The notes below the pieces were generated by a model that worked only from the letters and a program-made list of their open reading frames with translations, did not search any database and had not been told where the DNA came from. From contig JAMCXB010000034.1 in the NCBI GenBank assembly GCA_023480735.1, positions 9,618-73,617 on the forward strand: a stretch of DNA of 64,000 nucleotides, in the 5' to 3' direction. Positions 57,787 through 64,000 of this stretch are shown one piece after another. This stretch comes from Bacteroidota bacterium. GTDB taxonomy: Bacteria > Bacteroidota > Ignavibacteria > Kryptoniales > JAKASW01. Position numbers and translations under genes: made by a program. Numbering within the stretch: the first letter of the stretch is position 1; each line of letters starts with the position of its first letter.

Positions 57787-58731
57787 ATGGGAATTGCAGA
57801 AAATCGATTCGTAGGACTTTTCGTTTTTTCGATACTGATGGCGATTCTCGGCGGATGTCACTTCCTTGATGGCGAAGACAACTCGGACGCTGCTCCGGCA
57901 AACACAGTAGCCTATGTTGTCCGAGAGAATGACTGGAGCATATGGACCACTCGGGATTTCAAGAATGTGTTAAAGCTGACCGGAGGTTCGATTGATGATG
58001 CTCCCGCTTGGGGAACAGGGAAGAAGGAGATATTTTTTCAGAGAAATTATCCGGGTTCAACCGGCTTCAGGATATGGAAAATGAAGTGGAACGGGCAGGG
58101 GCAAACTCCGATCACCCCTGTGGGAATGAATTGTCAGTCGCCCTGTCCTTCACCAGACGGACAGCACATAGCATTCATCTGCCAACACAGATACTTAAGT
58201 AGCGGTCTTTCCCGTTATGATATTTGCATAGTACATCCTGATGGCAGCGATTGGGCCGTTCTGACGGATAGCATCAGATTTCCGCTCGATACTTTTAGGT
58301 TCTTTGGAAGACCTACCTGGTCCCATGATGCATCTGCACTCGGTGTGTTCTTCTCTTATCGTACTCAGCCGGGTATATTCTATTACGGGACTATCGATGT
58401 GACAAGTGGTCATCTTGTTGTCCTGTCCGAGCTTGATTCAATGAATGTGGAAAATCCGGTATGGTCGCCGACCAGGGATGAAGTAATCTATGTAGGAGGG
58501 TACAATCTGAGCATTTTTCGATTCAACACCGACGGCTCTGGACTTAAGGAGTTGGAGGGACCGCAGAATTACGATGTCGATTGGTCACCCGATGGCGACA
58601 GGATCATTTACACTCATTTCGATACGAGTCCAAGCCAGAGCAGCTTTTGGATAATGAATAGGGACGGGACAAACAAGCACGTGGTGATGGCATACAGCGG
58701 GACCATTATCTCAGCACCATCGTGGAAGTGA
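57787..58731 (+). CDS. TolB-like beta-propeller lipoprotein (PD40 repeats)
   Basis: It has the lipobox AILGGC, repeated W(S/G)PDG-type PD40 signatures (PSPDGQHIAF, WSPTRDEVIY, WSPDGDRIIY) and an AAGGAG RBS. Confidence 0.75.
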   Translation: MGIAENRFVGLFVFSILMAILGGCHFLDGEDNSDAAPANTVAYVVRENDWSIWTTRDFKNVLKLTGGSIDDAPAWGTGKKEIFFQRNYPGSTGFRIWKMKWNGQGQTPITPVGMNCQSPCPSPDGQHIAFICQHRYLSSGLSRYDICIVHPDGSDWAVLTDSIRFPLDTFRFFGRPTWSHDASALGVFFSYRTQPGIFYYGTIDVTSGHLVVLSELDSMNVENPVWSPTRDEVIYVGGYNLSIFRFNTDGSGLKELEGPQNYDVDWSPDGDRIIYTHFDTSPSQSSFWIMNRDGTNKHVVMAYSGTIISAPSWK

Positions 58732-58744
58732 GCACGCGTTGAAA

Positions 58745-61135
58745 ATGCATGATGCGCGCTTGTTTGCTGAACAGCCAACATGGCTTATCTCGATCCTTTT
58801 TCCATTGTGCATCTTACTGGCGCAATTTCAGGCGGTAGCGCAAGAAGAGAATGCAATGATTAAGGGGTGCGTTACGGATTCCGAAACCAACTCGCCCATC
58901 AGGGGAGTGAACGTGTCTGTTTTAAGTATTAGTTGTAACACGACGACAGACAGCCTCGGTGGATTTTCTTTGTCTCTGAATCCGGGAAAATACGAGATTT
59001 GCTTTACTCATGTCGGATATGCATCTCAGTCAAAACAGATCACCGTAACGCCTAAAGTCAGTAGCTACTCGTTAAACATTTCCCTGAAGCCGAGTGAGTA
59101 CGTTACAAATGAAGTGATCATAAGTGCCGAGAGAATTCAAGGCTCCCCGAGCCTCCATGTTATAAAGGAAAATGATCTTAAAAATATTCCTAATGTTTAT
59201 TCGGACATTGTCAGAAGTGTGACAATTTTGCCGGGTGTCACTTCTGATAATGAGTTGACGAGTGCATATAATGTTCGCGGACAGAACTTCGATGCAAACC
59301 TTATTTACCTGAATGGTTATGAAATTTATCGCCCATATCTCGTTCAGCAGGGCATTGAGGAAAATCAGTCGGCCATCAACGAGAATATGGTTGAGGATCT
59401 AAGGTTCTATAATGGAGCGTTCCCGGCAGATTATGGCGACAAGATGTCATCCGTTCTCGTTGTGAATTATAAGAAAACGCAGGACTCAATTCTTGGAGGT
59501 GAAATCAGTGCCGACTTGCTTAATCTAGGCGTTACCATGCATGATAAATTCGGCGGGTTGAAATTGATCGCCGGTTTCCGTTTTGCCTATCCCTCATCCT
59601 TCACCAGCGTTCTTCAAACGAAGGGGACTTACATTCCAAGCTATACAGATTTCCAGCTTCTCGGGTCGTACACTTCTCCTGAAAGTCTCGAGGTCGAATT
59701 ATTGTTTATGACTGCGAGGAATACTTTCAATCTGATACCGCAAGACTGGACAGGCGATTTTGCCATAAACCAATGGTGGCTCTTCCGCCGAATCGCGTTG
59801 AAGTTCGAGGGAAGTGATAATTACAGGTACGATTCCAATCTGCTTGGGCTGAGGTTCACGGCCCCTTTAGATCTAAACTCAAATTTCTCTGCTTCATTGG
59901 CTTACTACTCCGACAGAGAATTCTACAATAAAAACCTGTCTCATGGTATCTATTATTCCCCCGATGCCTACTATCCGCAGTATAACGTTAGTGATCTCGG
60001 TACAGGCTATGATTTCTCGATTAACTCCCTGAAGATGGATCGTCTTGAATTCAAAACTGATTTTGAATCCGATTATGGAACGCACGATACCAGGATCGGG
60101 ATTGCACTGAAAACTTATCTGATGGACAACTCCCTTAACGAATCGACTTACTATGTGCCTGCAATCGGTGCTGCTTATTTCACTAGCCAAAAACAGCAAT
60201 TCAGATTCAACTCGATCTCTGCTTATGTAGCTGAAGACTTAATCCCTATTCCGGAATTCACTTTCAATTTTGGGTTACGGACCTCGAAGTATTACTTCAA
60301 CAGAGAACTCCTTTTTTCTCCACGTGCCTCCGTCTCTTTTGAACTCGACTCTGTTAACTCGTTAAGCTTCGGATGGGGTTACTATTATCAACCGCCCTGT
60401 TTCTATGAAACTCGCGACAAGAACTCAAGTGTTGCCAGATCATTACTGTCGCAGCGAGTCGTTCACTACGTTCTGAAATATGAGAGTAGAATCAAGAGTA
60501 ACACCGACCTGTCAGCAGAAGTTTACTATAAGAGTCTGAGCAGGCTGTTACCCTATTACTATACTAACCAGATGGAACTGACATACAGCGATACAAACAA
60601 CTATGAAGGGTATGCCTACGGCTTTGACCTGCAATATCATGGCGAGCTTTCGGAGGGACTGGACACATGGATTGGATATGGTTATCTCGTCGCCAGAGAT
60701 AGAAAAGCAGGCAGTGGTTCGCCATACCAAAGGAGTTTACTTGATCAGACGCATACTATTAGAATTTTTCTTCAGGATGAAATGCCGGTGCTTCGCAAAT
60801 CTGAGGCTCATGTGCGGGTATTGTTCGGCACGGGTTATCTTTACCACCCGTTGGTGAACATTTCCGGGACGACGGATTCTTATCAAATCGTACCTGACTA
60901 TGACAATGTAGATCAGTTCCCATTCTACTACAGGGTTGACATGGGACTGACCTATAAGTTCGCTTTGGATAGGAAGAGAAATGTAACTCTGATTGCGGAG
61001 GTTCTCAACGTGTTCAATAAGAACAATATTGTTTCATATTCATGGTACATTATCCCTGGCTTCCAACAACCTATGAGGGTGCCAAATCTTCTTTCAGCAA
61101 GATTTTTTAATGTAGGGACGAGAATAGAGTTTTAA
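58745..61135 (+). CDS. TonB-dependent-receptor-like outer-membrane protein with an N-terminal CarboxypepD_reg domain
   Basis: It has a signal peptide, then IKGCVTDSETNSPIRGVNVSV..GKYEICFTHVGY (carboxypeptidase-regulatory-like fold). A plug-like region and a long beta-barrel follow, ending in ..VGTRIEF with a terminal Phe. The ORF is also open from TTG 58739. Confidence 0.8.
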   Translation: MHDARLFAEQPTWLISILFPLCILLAQFQAVAQEENAMIKGCVTDSETNSPIRGVNVSVLSISCNTTTDSLGGFSLSLNPGKYEICFTHVGYASQSKQITVTPKVSSYSLNISLKPSEYVTNEVIISAERIQGSPSLHVIKENDLKNIPNVYSDIVRSVTILPGVTSDNELTSAYNVRGQNFDANLIYLNGYEIYRPYLVQQGIEENQSAINENMVEDLRFYNGAFPADYGDKMSSVLVVNYKKTQDSILGGEISADLLNLGVTMHDKFGGLKLIAGFRFAYPSSFTSVLQTKGTYIPSYTDFQLLGSYTSPESLEVELLFMTARNTFNLIPQDWTGDFAINQWWLFRRIALKFEGSDNYRYDSNLLGLRFTAPLDLNSNFSASLAYYSDREFYNKNLSHGIYYSPDAYYPQYNVSDLGTGYDFSINSLKMDRLEFKTDFESDYGTHDTRIGIALKTYLMDNSLNESTYYVPAIGAAYFTSQKQQFRFNSISAYVAEDLIPIPEFTFNFGLRTSKYYFNRELLFSPRASVSFELDSVNSLSFGWGYYYQPPCFYETRDKNSSVARSLLSQRVVHYVLKYESRIKSNTDLSAEVYYKSLSRLLPYYYTNQMELTYSDTNNYEGYAYGFDLQYHGELSEGLDTWIGYGYLVARDRKAGSGSPYQRSLLDQTHTIRIFLQDEMPVLRKSEAHVRVLFGTGYLYHPLVNISGTTDSYQIVPDYDNVDQFPFYYRVDMGLTYKFALDRKRNVTLIAEVLNVFNKNNIVSYSWYIIPGFQQPMRVPNLLSARFFNVGTRIEF

Positions 61136-61202
61136 AAGAATTTGTGGCTGATATACTGACTCAAACAAAATCATTCATCATGGGACAAAGGAGGGTATGC
61201 AT

Positions 61203-61838
61203 ATGAAAAAGTCTGTGATTTCAGCGACTGTAATTCTATTATCCTTTTTCGGCAGCATCAATGCTCAGATTGTAAGGAGTTACGGCATCAAAGCGGCATA
61301 TACTTCCGCCACGCAGAATATCGTTTACCTGGTTCCTGGAGCACCGGGACACTGGTCTTTCAATAAGACATCATCAATGTCCGGCATTAATGTTGCGGTA
61401 TTTGCAGAATGGTTCAACTTTCCCTCTCTTTCGATCTTATCCCAGGTCGAATATGATCAGCGTGGAGCCAGGCTTGAATATGTGAATCCCGGGGTAATTG
61501 GATATTCAACAACTAGCGGTCGGCTGTATTATTTATCTGTACCTATAATGGCAAAGTTCAGTCTTACCGCGACCGGTATTATTCCCTACTTGATTGCCGG
61601 CCCGAGAGCCGACTTTCTTGTGGGATATCGCGATTTTCAGATAGAGCCGAACCGGTTTCCCATCTATAGCGATTTCAAGAAGACTATGTTGGGCTGGAGC
61701 ATGGGTATCGGCTTAGGAGCGGATTCAATCCTGCCGGTCGAGTTTCGCTACAACTTCGATTTCTTCAATTCATACAACGATGGTTATGCACGAATCCGAA
61801 ACAACTCGTTTGATTTGTGGCTCGGTGTTTCTCTATGA
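61203..61838 (+). CDS. small outer-membrane beta-barrel protein (porin-family/PorT-like)
   Basis: It has the signal peptide MKKSVISATVILLSFFGSINAQ and an alternating beta-strand pattern. AAAGGAGG lies 7-8 nt before ATG 61203. Confidence 0.7.
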   Translation: MKKSVISATVILLSFFGSINAQIVRSYGIKAAYTSATQNIVYLVPGAPGHWSFNKTSSMSGINVAVFAEWFNFPSLSILSQVEYDQRGARLEYVNPGVIGYSTTSGRLYYLSVPIMAKFSLTATGIIPYLIAGPRADFLVGYRDFQIEPNRFPIYSDFKKTMLGWSMGIGLGADSILPVEFRYNFDFFNSYNDGYARIRNNSFDLWLGVSL

Positions 61839-61898
61839 ACCTCGGTGGCGAGTGCAGAGCTGACATGGTTTACCGGCCATGGACTATTATAAACTGAC

Positions 61899-63197
61899 GT
61901 GCTTTCAATCTATGAACGGGACAATGACATGATAGGCATATCTGAATATTCTGGCTGGCGGGTTCATGCTGTTTTTCCTTTTCGATGCCCCGCGAAAGTA
62001 TTACGTCACTTTCCAGTTGTACTGTTTCTCTACATGGTCGCAAGGTATGTTGCCATGATCTTAGTTTTCACAGAACTGCAGCAGGCAAACCTGTTCTGGC
62101 GGCTTGATGCAGTGACGCTGACTCTCATGCCTCTGCCATTTATTCTCGCGCCCGTTTTCCCCAAAGCATTTTCCCTTCTGCTGCGTACTCAACTTGGAGA
62201 AAGCAAGTTTGTTAATAGACCCCACTCCCGGCAGGCCATGAGCGGATTTGCAATATCTATGGCGGTTCTTATAATCTCCTGCGTCGCATTTTTCGGCTTC
62301 GCTGATCCCGGCCACAAGAAAGGGGGAAGAATCCTGATTGATGAAGGTCACAGCGACTGGGAATGGACGACTCAGCCCTTCGACACCACTTGGTATGGAG
62401 AGAGGTCTACGTATAATTACTATTCGATGGCTCAGTACTTGAAGTATTTCTATAAGGTGGATCAAATGTCTGAAGAGCTATCAGAGAAGCTCCTTAGCCA
62501 TTATGATATTCTCTTCATAAAAACACCAACGAAGCCCTTTACACAGACGGAGACTGACGCAATCAAAGAGTATGTAGGGAATGGAGGTAGCCTACTCCTC
62601 ATAGGAGATCACACCAACGTGTTCGGCATTACGACAAATCTAAATCCTATCGCCGAGGAATTTGGGATGAGATTTCAGTACAACGCTCAGTACGACCTCG
62701 ATGGGGAACTCTCAGATTACCAAAAGCCGAAGATACTTCCACATCCGAGCGTGCAATGGCTTCCGACATTCATGTTTGCAACGGGCTGCACATTGGATGC
62801 TCCTCTAGTGGTAGAGAACTCGATAATAGGCTACGGGCTGAAGGCTATCGACGCTGACTATTCGCAGGCGAACTTCTTTCCTCGGAATGCCGGTAACGGC
62901 GAAAACGCCCAGTTTGGTTTGTTTGTGCAGGCCGCCGGAATTCCATTCGGAAAGGGGAGAGTGTTTCTTCTCAGCGACAGCACTCCATGGTCCAATTTCT
63001 ATATGTTCATACCGGGTAAGCCGGAGCTGATGCTTGGAATTCTGGATTGGCTTAACAGACGGAATACATTCATGGTGCTCATCAGACCGGTTTCATTGGT
63101 TGTCGCTCTGCTGTCGTTTGTTGCGTTGGTTCTCTTCGCACTAAAGATCGACAGAGAGAAAGTACTATTATCGCGATCCTTGTGGGTTTCCTTTTAA
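61899..63197 (+). CDS. membrane protein with a DUF4350/GldG-like (ThuA-fold-like) extracytoplasmic domain
   Basis: 432 aa. It has N-terminal TM helices, then ILIDEGHSD..YDILFIKTPTKPFTQTETDAIKEYVGNGGSLLLIGDH and a C-terminal TM helix. Both ends are uncertain. Alternative-frame hydrophobic ORFs exist at 61936-62058 and at about 63140-63250. Confidence 0.65.
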   Translation: MLSIYERDNDMIGISEYSGWRVHAVFPFRCPAKVLRHFPVVLFLYMVARYVAMILVFTELQQANLFWRLDAVTLTLMPLPFILAPVFPKAFSLLLRTQLGESKFVNRPHSRQAMSGFAISMAVLIISCVAFFGFADPGHKKGGRILIDEGHSDWEWTTQPFDTTWYGERSTYNYYSMAQYLKYFYKVDQMSEELSEKLLSHYDILFIKTPTKPFTQTETDAIKEYVGNGGSLLLIGDHTNVFGITTNLNPIAEEFGMRFQYNAQYDLDGELSDYQKPKILPHPSVQWLPTFMFATGCTLDAPLVVENSIIGYGLKAIDADYSQANFFPRNAGNGENAQFGLFVQAAGIPFGKGRVFLLSDSTPWSNFYMFIPGKPELMLGILDWLNRRNTFMVLIRPVSLVVALLSFVALVLFALKIDREKVLLSRSLWVSF

Positions 63198-63306
63198 CAC
63201 CATTGGCCGTACTGGCTGGCGAGAGCTTAAACCAAGTTCGACAGTTGAGGTGAAAAAGCTTTGTTTCCAGACAGCAAACGCCGAAACGAGGGGAAAGTTT
63301 TCACTA

Positions 63307-64000
63307 CTAAATTTGATCTTGTTGTAATCTGAGCGGCGGTTGCATCCTAAGCTTGTGAAGCAGGATAGCCAGGTGTTTGTCTGGTTTGTTAACGCATCGG
63401 AGCCTGATCTCTATTCCCTTTTTTGTGGGTAAGACAACATCGGTAAGGGTCAGATTCTTTATTTCCTCAATCACCTGTCGTGGTTCATCTCCTAACCCAG
63501 TGTTTTTGCACATCTGACCGAAGCATTTCCATAACACATACGCTATGAAGCAGACGAAGATATGAGCCCTGACTCAATTCTCTTTTTGATGCCAAATCGG
63601 GCGTAACTGCAAGTCATGTTTCTGAATCCGGAATGATTCTTCAGCCTCCGTCAATTGAATGTATGCCTTCCATAAATCCTCCGCTGTCCAGTTCTTGATA
63701 TTCGTCCTTAGCAAATAGTGGCCTTCGCTTATGCGCGCCCACTCAGTCTCGTTGTCGTGTACGCTCCAATCGATACTAACGCGCCCATCATGATCTTTTA
63801 CATTGATATCGAACAGAGAAGAAGCCCGCTGGTTTTTCTGCAACAAGCGGCCAATGCGTCGCTCCGCCACGTTGACCGTTTTCACATGTCTCGATTCGCA
63901 GTTCTTCTTTACTCGCTCAAGTCCCTCCCTAATCTGATCCGCAAACCGGTTGTGCATCGCCTCTTCCTTCTTCTTGCGTGCTGCACTCCTACAAAGAATA
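63307..64000 (-). mobile_element. IS1634/IS4-like DDE transposase gene fragment, with an in-frame TGA, running off the window
   Basis: ORFs 63574-63957 and 63307-63537 are in one frame: ..[54 protein letters not shown]... The frame is still open at nt 64000, so the N-terminus lies outside the window. Confidence 0.85.

Overview
This is a 64-kb chromosomal segment from a non-model bacterium. The gene content suggests the FCB group (Ignavibacteria/Bacteroidota-like), but that is inference only. The supporting genes are bshC, an 11-subunit NDH-1 without nuoEFG, a folP-cdaA pair, a CarboxypepD_reg/TonB-type outer-membrane protein and a PorT-like outer-membrane barrel. Most of the window is housekeeping and lies on the + strand: gltBD; a decayed kduI beside an SDR; pdxB-nadABC; a ROK regulator and a GH15 enzyme; an APC permease with an asparaginase; aroA, an orphan ABC ATPase, bshC, trpD, a CBS/CorC gene, trpC, trpF and trpB; nuoABCDHIJKLMN; rpsU; folP-cdaA-GT2-pcm-miaA; a LOG protein; a LysM lytic transglycosylase; and the methylmalonyl-CoA mutase large subunit. 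There are three pieces of accessory material. (1) A 2.9-kb islet at 19.9-22.8 kb holds a lipoprotein, a PIN module and a HigBA module, separated by hairpin elements with conserved flanks and unrelated stems. (2) A 116-120-nt MITE occurs twice, each copy with its own 8-bp flanking duplication. (3) A 3' block at 53-64 kb holds an uncharacterised TIM-barrel-like protein, a LuxR regulator with a non-phosphorylatable receiver, an outer-membrane gene cluster, a decayed paralogue and an IS fragment at the window edge. I recognised no rRNA, tRNA or CRISPR array. Many accessory genes are broken, either by in-frame TGA/TAG stops or by frameshifts that all need +1 nt to repair. That could be real decay or assembly indel error, and read-level checking is needed to tell. 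I did not find a convincing, wholly new multi-gene system. The best leads are the hairpin-element islet, the MITE and the 53-63 kb envelope cluster.
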